Source: Camelus dromedarius (lineage: Eukaryota). Taken from it: a DNA stretch of 64,000 nt. Positions 36,870 through 48,363 of the stretch are shown in pieces. The position numbers and the translations under genes were made by a program. Below the pieces are notes generated by a model. That model was not told where the DNA came from. It saw only the letters and a list, made by a program, of their open reading frames with translations, and did no database searches. Each line of letters begins with the position of its first letter. The stretch's first letter is position 1. The stretch lies in contig NC_087458.1 of NCBI RefSeq assembly GCF_036321535.1, positions 9,114,001 through 9,178,000 of the forward strand, given 5' to 3'.

Positions 36870-38900
36870 CTTTTTTGAGATATATTGACAAACAGCATTG
36901 TGGTAAGTTAAGGTGTACAACTTGATAGCTAATACATGTAAATATTGCAAAATGATTACCACAATAAGGCTAGTTAACACCACCATTAGATCACATAATT
37001 ATCTTTCTTGTAGTGAGAACATTTAAGATTTACTCTCTTACCAACTTTGAAGTATATAGTAGAGTATTGTTAATATTGTCACCATGCTGTATATTAGATC
37101 CCCAGAACCTATTTGTCTTATAAATGAAAGTTTGTATCTTGTGATCAATATCTCTCCATTTCTCCCAACCTCAGCCTCTGGCAACCGCTATTCTACTCTG
37201 TATGTCTATGAGTTTTAGATTCTACCTGTCAGTGAAATTCTATAGTTATTGTGTTTCTCTGTCTGACATATTTCACTTAGTATAATACCCTCAGGATTTA
37301 TTCATGTTGTTACAAAAGGCAAGATATCCTTTTTTACAGATGAATAAAAAATAATTTTTAAAATATATTTTATAGTGAACTTCTACAAATATATATATTT
37401 ACTTCTCTTTTTTTTTTTATCTTTAGTGCTTCTTTTATCTATAATGCTTCTTGTGTTTTGTGTAAGAAACATTTTCGTAACCAAGATTAAGGGACTATTC
37501 CCTTATATTCACTTCCAGAGCCTTATAGCCTTAACTTTTATGTGTGCTGTGAGTTTCATTTGTTTCTGTTTCATCTCTTAACCAAATACAAGGCAGCATA
37601 ATTTAAATGCAATGAGACACCCATTTAAAGTATACAGTTTGACGTGTTTTGACAAATACGAATACCTGTGTAACCACTACCACGGTCAAGATATAACACA
37701 TCTGTCACCTCCAAACTTTCCCTCATGTCCCCCCACTGTAGCACCATCAGTCCTAGGAAACCATTGACTGCTTTCTGTCACTGAAACTTTGTTTGACAGT
37801 ATTAGAGTTTCTTGCCAATAGAATCACGTACCATGTGTTTTTTGTGCTTTTTGGTTTCTTTCACTGGGTGTATTTTTTGAAATTTATCTGTGTTGTGTGT
37901 GTAGTTCGCTCTTTTTGTTTCATTGTATAAACGCACTACACTCTGTTTATCCAGGCACATGAAGATGCACATTTAGTTATTTCTCAATTTACAGGTCTTA
38001 GGAGCAGAGCTGCACAAATGTTTGTGTACATGTACCTACGTAACTGTATGGAGGTTTTTTTTTTTATTATATTAAGCAAATATCTATGTGTGGAATTGCT
38101 GATTTATATAGTAAATATATGTTAACTTAAAAGAGATCTCCAAACAATTGGGCAAAGTAGTTTTGCCATCTCACACTTTCAATAGCAATGTACGAAGGTT
38201 ATCAGTTGCTTGGCATACTCAAACTTGCCAGTCTTAATTCCATCCATCAGGTAGATGTATAATGATATCCAATTGCAGTTGGAATTTGAATTTCCTTGGT
38301 GACTAAATATGCCGAATATGTTTTTGTGTGTCTATTGGCCATCTCTATATTTTCTTTAGTTAAGTGCCTTCTCAAATTTTTTGTCCGTTTCCTGATTGAA
38401 ATATCTTTCTAATTTTTAATTGGATCATTTTTATTTTTATTGAATTGTCTAAGAATTACTTATATTTTCTAGGTATAATTTTTTTGTCACATATATATTA
38501 TGCAAATACTTTTCCCATGCTGTGATTTTTTACTTTTTTTCAGTGTCTTTTGAAGAGCAGTAGTTTATTTTTAGTTTTGCTAAAGTGCAATGTACTGATT
38601 TTGACTTTTATAGTTCACACGTTTTGTCTCATATTTAAGAAAGATTTGCAAAACCTAAGCTCACTAAGACTTTATCTAATGCTATTTTTAAGAAGTTTTA
38701 TAATGTCAGCTCTTGTAGGCAGGATATAATCCATTTCCAGTTATTTGTCATGTGGTGTGAGAACAGTGCAGTTCTTTCCCCTGCCCAAATGCACTGTTGT
38801 TGAAAATACTGTCTTTTCACCATTGAATTGGCTTGACAACCTCATAGAAAACTGAATCTATCGATGTGGATATAATTTTGGACATCATATTTTATCTCTT
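36870..38900 (-). mobile_element. Several old L1 3' fragments (L1MA and L1MB/ME-like)
   Basis: gcaaaatgattaccacaataag...ccatgctgtatattagatccccagaac; cctgtgtaaccactaccacggtcaagatat; ttttcaccattgaattggc. Confidence 0.75.
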
Positions 38901-38959
38901 TGTCTACATTTATGCTAATAACAACTATCTATTTAAATACAGCTTTATAAATAAGTCTT

Positions 38960-39360
38960 GGAATCAGTGTAATTCCCTCTGGATTCTTCTCTCTTGGTTC
39001 CTGGGGGAAGCCATTTATGAGGGGGTGATATACCTCAAAACTTGGAGGGAAGCCACCCTCTGGGGTACTGAAGGAAGCCATCCATGGGAAGGTGCCTCAG
39101 CATGGAATTCTCTGGGAAAATGCCTCTGGAGATGGTACTGCTGAAATTGCCTGAGAGGGAGTGCCATTACCATTGAGTGTCCCACGTGCTGCTAGCCTCC
39201 AGGCAGAGGCAAGCACACCAGAACCAGGGAGACAATTCTCTTCTAACTCTGGTGGCCCTCTATCACCTTCCACTGACAAAGCTTAATATCGTGTCAGCTG
39301 GCAAAGGAGAAATATTCCAGTATCACAACCAGAGCAATTAAAAGAAGGTTTAGAACTGAA
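38960..39360. mobile_element. Ancient LTR-like fragment, family not assigned
   Basis: ccactgacaaagcttaatatcgtgtcagctggcaaaggagaaat resembles a recalled ancient LTR motif; GC-rich block. Confidence 0.35.
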
Positions 39361-39489
39361 ATACAGTTACATTCTTAGTTTTCACAGTTTGCTTAGAATT
39401 AATATTGTGTGACTACACATGAAATGTAGAAGCTTTGAAATTACATAAATCCATTTACTCCTAACATATCCTTTATTCTAAACTGATTA

Positions 39490-40025
39490 CATCTCTATAC
39501 ATAGACAGATGACTAGATAAAGAAGTTGTGGTATATTTATACAATGGAATACTACTCAACCATAAAAATAATAAAATAATGCCATTTGCAGCAACATAGA
39601 TGGACCTGGAGATTGTCATTCTAAGCAAAGTAATCCAGAAAGAGAAAGAAAAATACCATATAATATCACTCATATGTGGAATCCTAAAAAAAAAAAGGAT
39701 AAATGCATTTATTTACAAAACAGAAACAGAATCACAGACATAGAAAACAAACTTATAGTTACTAGGTTTGGAAGGGGGTAGGAAGGGGTAAATTGAAAAT
39801 TGGAGATTTGCAGATACTAACTACTATACATAAAATAGATAAAAAGACAAAATTCTTCTGTAAAGCACAGGGAACTATATTCAGTATCATGTGGTAACCT
39901 ACAATGAAAAAGAATATGGAAACTAATATATCTATGTATATGTATGATTGAACTATTATGCTGTACACCAGAAATTGGCACAACATTGTAAACTGACTAT
40001 ACTTCAATTAAAAAAAATTAAAAAA
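39490..40025 (+). mobile_element. Young lineage-specific L1 3' end
   Basis: gccatttgcagcaacatagatggacctggagattgtc...gctgtacaccagaaattggcacaacattgtaaactgactatacttcaattaaaaaaa. Confidence 0.9.
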
Positions 40026-42493
40026 TGAAAATACGCCATAGGACAATGTAATAATTTTTGCTTTATTCATACATATTCCAAAGAAATTAAGAAAAATAAC
40101 ATTTTGTGTTTACTCAAATATTTATGCTTTTAATACTCATAATTTCTTCTTCATCATAGGTTTTTAATATCTGTATTGATTAATAGTGTCTCAAATGTAA
40201 AGATAAGGTTTTGGAGCAAGGATAGATTATCATTATTTACAGCAATAACTGAATAGGTTTCTATTGACCAAATTCTTCTGTGGTTATAGGATAGGATCCA
40301 GATATCACCCTACATGTATGAGGGCTGTTCTATATAATAGAAACCCTGAAATTAGAAATCTGGAGCTTACGTAGAAATGGAATAGTTGTTAACTTCCCCC
40401 ATTGAAATATAAACACATAAGTTTGGGAAGATAAATCTCTCACTAACTATTTAGCTATAGTTCAGGTTTCAGAACTTGTCCTTTAAACTAGATCTCAGGT
40501 TTCTCTACTCAGAAGGCCTAAGGGGAAAAATTAAAATATTTATTTTATGACACCTATTTGCATTTGTGTCTGGTATAATTTTCCTTTTTCTTGAAAAATT
40601 TCTTCTAGTATTTCAGGTAGTACAGATCTGTTAATGACAATTTCTGTCTCTTTTTTTTAATTATGTAAATCTGTGTATTCTGCCCTCAAACTTGAAGAAT
40701 ATTTTCAGTGGGAATATAATCCTGAATTGGTATTTTTATTAATTTTTTTTCCTCTTATCATTTTTAGGATTGTGTTCTCTGGCCCCCATGTTTTCTGGTG
40801 AGAGGCCAGCATTTATTTCAGGGCTTGTATTTCACTCTTGTATGATCAAGAGAAACCATCGTGTGTACTTTCTTTCTAGTGTTGAATACGTTCTGTATCT
40901 GCCTGCTTTTATCCTATCTCCAGTGCCTTCAAGTTGTTGCTCTTTGTGTTTTTTCCAGAGTTAGTAGTTGTTATCTTCAAGAGGGTTGGCATACTAAGTA
41001 CTTACTCATTAAGATGAGAAACAAAATTCTACTTGCCTTTACTTTTATGAAAGTTATAACCCCATAATATTAATAAAATATTTTTATGCAATTTAAACAT
41101 TTTTTCTAATGCCTACTGAATCACTGATTAGATGGAAATTAATGCAGGGAATATAAAATTATATAAGTACCTTAAGAAGAAAATTTAATTCAAGAAATTA
41201 TGTACCTACAAATTATTGGAAAGTTTGAAACAGTCAAGAGTCTGTCACTGGAATTATTGATCTTAAGAGCACTTGATCACAGCTAAAATCCAGAGGCCAA
41301 GGAAATGTTGCTGCTGCTGCTGGTGTAACATTTTTACAGTTTTCTCACAATACCCACAACAGTTTGGAACATAAAATGAGTCTAATTCCTATAATATACT
41401 CTCAACATTCAGATTCTTCTTATTTTGGTTCTCTGTGCAAGCAAGATAAAAGAAAGATGACCTCAATTTTGCCTCCTTTTTCACTATCATAAGGCAAACT
41501 AGGAAAGGAATTAAACTGAAATAAAGGAGAAAGAAAGGTAAGAAAAGAGATGAATTGGGCCTCTGGTGATGTCATAGCCTATGATTCACTAAATTTGCCT
41601 GCAACGCATCATTTGATGTTCTGATGTTTGTTCAGATATGGGAGTGATGAAGTGGATTCCATTTCCTTTGTATCTACTTAGTCTAATTTAACTTGGATTT
41701 TTTTTTTCTTTTTGTGTTACAATAGACATAATTTATCCTGGAACCATTTCAAGCATATTAGTCAAGGAACAAGCCCTAGTTCTTCCATCCTTTGTCATAT
41801 GTTGGGCAAAAAGCCCTGTTAAATCTCACACATTTCATCAACTTCTATCTAGAAAGAATCTTGATTAAATTTAACTGTGTGAGACTGAGAATTTGAATTG
41901 CATGGCTAAAAGCGGAAGTTTAAGACTTTCATCTTGATTTTTTTTCCTGCTATTTGGATAAAGCTAACTTATTGAATAAGATATCTAGCACAAAATGTGA
42001 AAGAAAGAGAAAAAAATATGCATTTATTCAACAAGTGTTCATTGAATATTTATGTATCAGGCAATATTCTAGAGATGGGGGTAAAACATTAAGGAAAACA
42101 GGAATATTTTCCTATGGAGTTGGAAAATAGAGATATGTAAATTAAAAATATAATCATAAATGCACATCAAACTGTGATACATGTTAAAGAGAAATACATG
42201 TTGAAGAGAAAAAGTAAATTATGGATGTGGACCAGGTTGACCTCTGAGTCAAGACTCAGGAAACGATGCAGTGCAAGTCTCTGAACTGAGCCCTGTCTGA
42301 TCAGAGTTCTCTTGAGCTTCCCAGTTATTTAAGCGAACAGAGTCCTTTTTCTCGTGCTGGATTGTATTGTGCTTCATTCACATGAAAATCTAAACTACTG
42401 ACAACATGCAACAGTCTTCTTTTTATAATTTTTAAGATTTATTCCTTACTATTTCCATTTCTATTAATCATTTATGTGCAAAGTGTGTTTCGT

Positions 42494-42620
42494 GTATTGG
42501 TTTGGGTTCTCCAGAGAAACATAACCAAGAGAATATATACACATATACTGTATTCACAGGAGTTGGCACACACAATGATGGAGGCTGTCCTCAGTCCATA
42601 ACTGGGTCAAGCAGCGATTC
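42494..42620 (-). mobile_element. MLT2 (ERV-L LTR) 3' end
   Basis: tgtattggtttgggttctccagagaaacataacc is the reverse complement of the MLT2 terminus. Confidence 0.7.
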
Positions 42621-45600
42621 TAGAAATGTGACTAACTGCAGTATTTTTCAGATTTATTTCTGCTCTGATACCTCAGAGGTCTTTGGACAGATTTCTTCGA
42701 AAGGCTGTGCAGCACCAAGGCTGAGGGCTTGACTAGCTCCCTGTGGAGAAACGCTTATTCAGGGCGATGCACTGAGCAGACCAGATGGCCAGGAAACCCA
42801 GGAATTCAGCAGCTCTTGGGAGGGACTGTTGTGCACATTTGAAAATTTCTCAAAGCAGCAGTGGCTGCTGTCAGATCTCTGTTGGTAGCCTCTAAAAATG
42901 GTATAACTGGAAATAAAAAGACTCTGAGTCAATAATAATCTCATTTAGGAGTTTCTGCTGCTCTGAGGACCACTGCTGGGGACTGCCAACAAGAACATCT
43001 CTGCTGGGAGCCAGTGATGAGTCTGCGACAGAGTCGAGTGGGGAAGATCTTGATCTTAGTGCCTGCAGTGCTCCCTGAACCTCCTCTTCTGAGTGAGTCA
43101 TGACTTCCGAGGGAGGGTAGAGACGGTGAATTTTTCTTCATTATCTCATAGAAGAGGAAGAATAACAATTTCTAGGAAATTTAAAAGTGTAGAAATTGTG
43201 TTGGCTGACTCCAGCAATAGAGAACTTGACTTTAACTTTATTTCAAATACAGGATATGAAAACCGTAGTACACAAATGTATAACAGGCATTTAATTTTGT
43301 TTTCTTCAGCCTATTCCCCTATCATCTACCTTGGGTCAGTCTATCAGAGAACTGCAGAAAAGATTTAGGGTAATTAGGGGACTAGCCCTCCAGGAATCTA
43401 CACTACGGTATTTTAATCCTATTCCCTACCCTTGAGGCAGACACTTGATTGGAGCAAGCTGGGGAAAAGTGGAGTTATCACCTCTGTGACCTGCACCCAA
43501 ACACTCCACAACTTTCCTTCAGTCCTCGAATCTGCTCTTTGCTGCTGTTCTGCAAAGTCTCAGTTTTGCCAGCTAAGATAGCACTCTTTTCTTCATCCCT
43601 CACACTGTACTCCTATGCCCTTCTCATTGGTGCAGAAACTGAACTTGTGGGGCTCAGATGAACCCAGACTACAAGGAAGAACTTAGTTTCTTCTTTTGCC
43701 ATGATAAAGCAAGGCTTTATTTGCCCTGGTGAAGCCCAAGGAAGAAAAGGGCTTCTTCCTCGCTTAACGACCTCAGAAAATACAGCCCTGTGTTACTTCC
43801 TGTAATGCGGGTTTGCCACATTTACTTCTCTTTTCCTAATTTGCAACAGCCTTCAGCTTCTAATGAGCTACTAGGCAACCTGGGATTCATTCGTTGCCAA
43901 CTAATTGCCAATGTTCGTTAGTTTTCTCCCGTTTCCTTTTTATCCTATTGGACCCGTGAGATTCAGGATCCATGTTGTTTTCTGCATTTATTCATTGAAA
44001 GGATTGGAACTGTGCCAAAAATAATGTTGCAATAATGGCTCCCTGAAGTTTTGGAAAATATAAACATAAATCAGCATGTTGGGGCCACAGCTAATAAAAG
44101 ACAAAAGAAAAGTTCTTCAATGATGCTTTAGGGGATACTGCTCAGAATTCTCAGCAGAGAAGGCGGGACTACATTGGGGTACTGAGATGTCAGTGGTAGA
44201 AAGAAATAGAATGGAGCCATTTCAGAATTAGAAATGATGGTAGTAATATTAACTTTGGAGTCTTATTTGATTAGAAGATTTCTAGGTTTCACCAAATTCT
44301 AATAGCTATATGCTAGGGAATATAGAGAAATAGGTCTGTTGGATTGAAGAAGGCAAGGTGATTTACTATTATTTCACTTAAGAATGATACTTTACTTAAC
44401 CTAAGATAGATATAATTTAATAAATAGGCATTTATTAAATTTAAGTATTCATTAACTTAATATATCAATAAGTCAATATATTAATGAATGAATACATTGA
44501 TGGAAGTAATGACTTGTCTACTCAGAGAACATGTCAAATATATCCATTAGTCTACTGGTCACTATGCTCCCCTCAGACAGAAAAATGAAACTGATACTTC
44601 TGCTTCATGCCCTCTCTTGAAAGTGAAGGAACCCAAAGCAAAAACACTCAGAGATGATTTGGATTAAGAAATATGCCTTTAAAGTGTAGGATCAAAATTC
44701 AGTTGTCTCGATATTTCATTTTGTGGACTTACTGTACAGCCCTAAATACCCTAAATATTGCAATTAGCAAGTATATTAATCAAATATATAAGTATCAGAA
44801 TGAAAAAAAATTCAGTTGTCTCTTCACTTGAGTCACAGTAGGTAAAAATTTTCTTTTCGTAGTCTACTTCTATGCCTTATGTTTTTCAACTATTTGTTCT
44901 GATGTTTTTTAAAATTATGTTACAAATTCAAACTTGATTTTAGTTGAATTAAGGCAAAAAGGATTTATCTATACTTTAGTAAGGAAAAATTGAAGGAGTG
45001 GAAACTCCTTGAGGTCAGCTGTGTCGAAATGCAATGTTAAGTTCTGTTGGAAATATACGGAAACTGTGAAGAGATTTAATGGCTCATATTGAGGAAATGT
45101 CTAATGGGTTGGATTTATTTCCTTTCGAAGTTTGAAACTACAATTACAGACAAATTCTGAATCATGTCTATATTCTTGGCAGATGATAGGCAGTTAGTAA
45201 GATCAATGACCAACCTGACTGTGAGAACCTTATGTTTCTCTAGAGTTCCTGAAATGCACTAAGGTCCCACCCAACTCCCCTCTATCAAGTGAGTCAAATA
45301 GCTTGTTTGATTAAGGAAAAGGATGAATTAAAGTCAACAAAATATTATTGTCTCCATAAACACACACTAACAGGAGTTGGGTTTTCATATTGGTTCAGTA
45401 GGTTTTAAAAAATTAAATAATAGCGTAAAAAAATAAAACATGGTATATGTTTCAAGTACCTGCAAAATGAAACTTTTTGGCACAGAGGATTACACAAATA
45501 ATAGATGGTTGAGTCAGGGCTGCTGTGCAGGAAGACTGCAGACATTTTCATTTCCCAATTGCTATGTGAAGTAGGGAATGTGAAGGAAAAAAACTTCCTA

Positions 45601-45820
45601 GACTTAATTAAACACTGTGAGAGATTCAAAAATGGTCCCTGGAAACAGATGTAATCTGAGTTTTTGTAAATGATTCCATGAACTGACATGACTGATAGGG
45701 CATCTCGTACTAGCATTAGTCCTCACCCCTTCTCCTGTTTATAATTCTTCAACCCAGTGGAACTGTCTCCACCTTTCATGGTAAACAATGTTCCTTCATT
45801 CTTGTTCTCTGTAGATCAAT

Positions 45821-46521
45821 CCTGGGGACCAAGTCAACCTAACTAATCTCTCCTCTGTCGCAGAGTTCCTGTTGTTGGCATTCTCCAGCCTTGGAGAAAT
45901 CCAGCTCACGCTCTTTGCTGTTCTTCTGTGCTTATATGTGATTATCCTGAGTGGGAACATCACCATGGTCACTGTCGTCCACCTGGATCGCAGCCTCCAC
46001 TTACACATGTACTGCGTCCTAGGGATTCTTTCCATCCCTGAGACGTGTTGCACCTTTGTTGTCCTGCCCAAGCTGCTCATAAACCTGTTGTTTCTGCTCA
46101 GAACAGTCTCATTTATGAACTGTGCCACTCAGCTGTTTTTCTCCCTCGGTTTTGCTGTCACTAATTGCATGCTACTGGGTGTCATGGGCTACGACTGCTA
46201 TGCTGCCATCCATCATCCACTTCGCTACTCTGTCCTTATGAGCTGGCAGGTATGTGGACAACCGGCAGCCATCGTGCTATGACTGGTTTTTTGTTCTCAC
46301 CGATAGGCTCCCTCTTAGTCTTTGAACTACCTTTCTGTGGCCCCAACAAGATCAACCACTACTTCTGTGACATCTCACCAGTTATCTGGCTTGTCTGTAC
46401 CGGTACCTACATAAATGAATCGGTCATCTTCATTGGTGGAATTCTAGCACTCACGGTCCTCCTGACTTTTATTTGCATCTCGTATGGCTTCATTGCTCGT
46501 ACCATCCTGAGGATCCCATCT
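45821..46521 (+). pseudogene. OR10R-subfamily pseudogene: no in-frame ATG, frameshift near 46270, truncated before TM6
   Basis: Two overlapping ORFs: NLSSVAEFLLLAFSSLGEIQ...MGYDCYAAIHHPLRY, then FCGPNKINHYFCDISPV...TILRIPS. OR homology stops abruptly at about 46521. Confidence 0.85.
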
Positions 46522-46844
46522 TGTCATTGTATTTACAAACATGCTTGTACGACAACTATTCTAATATTTTTATTCATTCCTGTAACAGTAGGAATAGTCC
46601 TAATTGTAATAAAAGTGAAAAGTAATTGGTAATAAAATCTATGGTAAGGAAACACAGGAAAGCTGTTCCTTAAATGCTTAAAATCTAAAAAACACAATGA
46701 TATTTCTAAATTTTTACTTAGGTTTTCACAAAGCTTGGGCCATTCATTGGCTTTGGACTTTTGTATCTACAAATGAGATGGTGGCTTTATTTAAATGAGC
46801 ACATGCTAAGCTTCAGTGGAAAAATAGAAGATGGGAGAAAGTGA

Positions 46845-46895
46845 GGAGAGAGAGAGAGACAGAGAGACAGGGGGACAGAGAGAGACGCACAGATA
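46845..46895. repeat. (AG)n/(AGAC)n microsatellite
   Basis: gagagagagagagacagagagacag... Confidence 0.85.
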
Positions 46896-47385
46896 CAGAA
46901 CAAATTACAAACTGTGAAAGGAAATGAAAAAAGTGAAATTTAGAAGACAAGAAAACAAAGACAGGTAAAAATGATGAATTAGAACTGAAACAATTAGAAA
47001 AGAGCAAGGGAAGGACTGGAAAGTCCATCAAGTCAAAATATATTCACAATTTCCGACTTCATCTTCTGTGCTCAAACATGTATTTATTCAATTATCTTTT
47101 CAACTAATATTTATGAAGCACCTACTATGTGCCAGACACAGTTGAATGTACAGATGGTACATTAGTAAATTGGACAGATTAAAAATCTCTTCTCTTCTTT
47201 AATGGGGGAGAAAAAGCTGTCATCATTTCAAATAATCCTTGAAAAATGTGCATTTGTGCATATACATGTGAACAGTTACACACACACACAAACAGGAGGT
47301 CAATAGGTAACCAAAGGCAAGAGTGTGAGAAGAACTCTGTAGAAACCATCTCCTGATTCAGGCATGAAGGCATCATACATATTTT

Positions 47386-48363
47386 TTAATTAACCCAAGC
47401 CCCATCTTCCCTGGGTCCCCTTCTTTTGCAAAGTATGGTCTTCTTGAGTGCTGCCTTTACTTCACGGTTTCTCAGGCAGTAAATAATGGGGTTGAGGAGT
47501 GGGACAATGACAGTGTAGAGCACAGACACCAACTTGTTGGAACTGTAGGCATACATAAGCTTAGGGCGGGTGTAAGTGAACAGAGTCGTGGAATAGAAGA
47601 GAATTACAACTGTCAGGTGAGAGGCACAGGTGGAAAATGCCTTTTGACGTCCCTGAGCAGAAGGGATCCTGAGGATGGTGGTGAGAATGGTGGTGTAAGA
47701 TGCTACCACTACACAAAGGGGAACAGCAATGACCATGAGGGCCAGGAAGAAGTCCACTAGCTCAGCCCGTGAGGAGTCCTCACAGGAGACATTGAGAAGG
47801 GGAGAAATATCACAGAAGTAGTGATTGATATGAGGCGTGCCACAGTAGTGGAGTCGAGCTATGAAAACCATCTTAATCATGGCAGTTATAAGTCCACAGA
47901 ACCAGCATCCCCCAGCCAGTGTGCCACAAAGCTGTTTGGTCATGATGACGGGGTACCGAAGTGGATTGCATATGGCTACGTAGCGGTCAAAGGCCATGAC
48001 GGCGAGGAGGATGTACTCGGTGCAGACAAAGGTCACAAAGAAGTAAAGCTGAGTCATGCAGCCATTGAAGGAAATGGTCTTGCTGTGGCTGAGGAAGTCT
48101 CCCAGCATCCTGGGGCTGATGACGGTGACATACCACATCTCCAGGAAAGAGAGGTTGCTCAGGAAGAAGTACATGGGCTTGTGTAACTGCCCGTCACTGC
48201 GAATGGCTAGGATGATTAGAAAGTTCTCCAGAAGGGTGAGCAGGTAGGTTGCCAGGAAAACAAAGAAGAGGAGCAGCTGAAAGGCTGGCGGTGTTGGAAA
48301 TCCCAGAAGAATGAAATGTGTTGTCACTGTATGGTTATCTCCTTCCAGAACCATGGTGATCAT
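47386..48363 (-). CDS. OR6Y1: Olfactory receptor 6Y1, intact, 325 aa
   Basis: DNHTVTT, SDGQLHKPMYFFL, TFVCTEYILL, MAFDRYVAIC, RPKLMYAY, PIIYCLRN; length and sequence match recalled human OR6Y1. Confidence 0.92.
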   Translation of the reverse strand: MITMVLEGDNHTVTTHFILLGFPTPPAFQLLLFFVFLATYLLTLLENFLIILAIRSDGQLHKPMYFFLSNLSFLEMWYVTVISPRMLGDFLSHSKTISFNGCMTQLYFFVTFVCTEYILLAVMAFDRYVAICNPLRYPVIMTKQLCGTLAGGCWFCGLITAMIKMVFIARLHYCGTPHINHYFCDISPLLNVSCEDSSRAELVDFFLALMVIAVPLCVVVASYTTILTTILRIPSAQGRQKAFSTCASHLTVVILFYSTTLFTYTRPKLMYAYSSNKLVSVLYTVIVPLLNPIIYCLRNREVKAALKKTILCKRRGPREDGAWVN

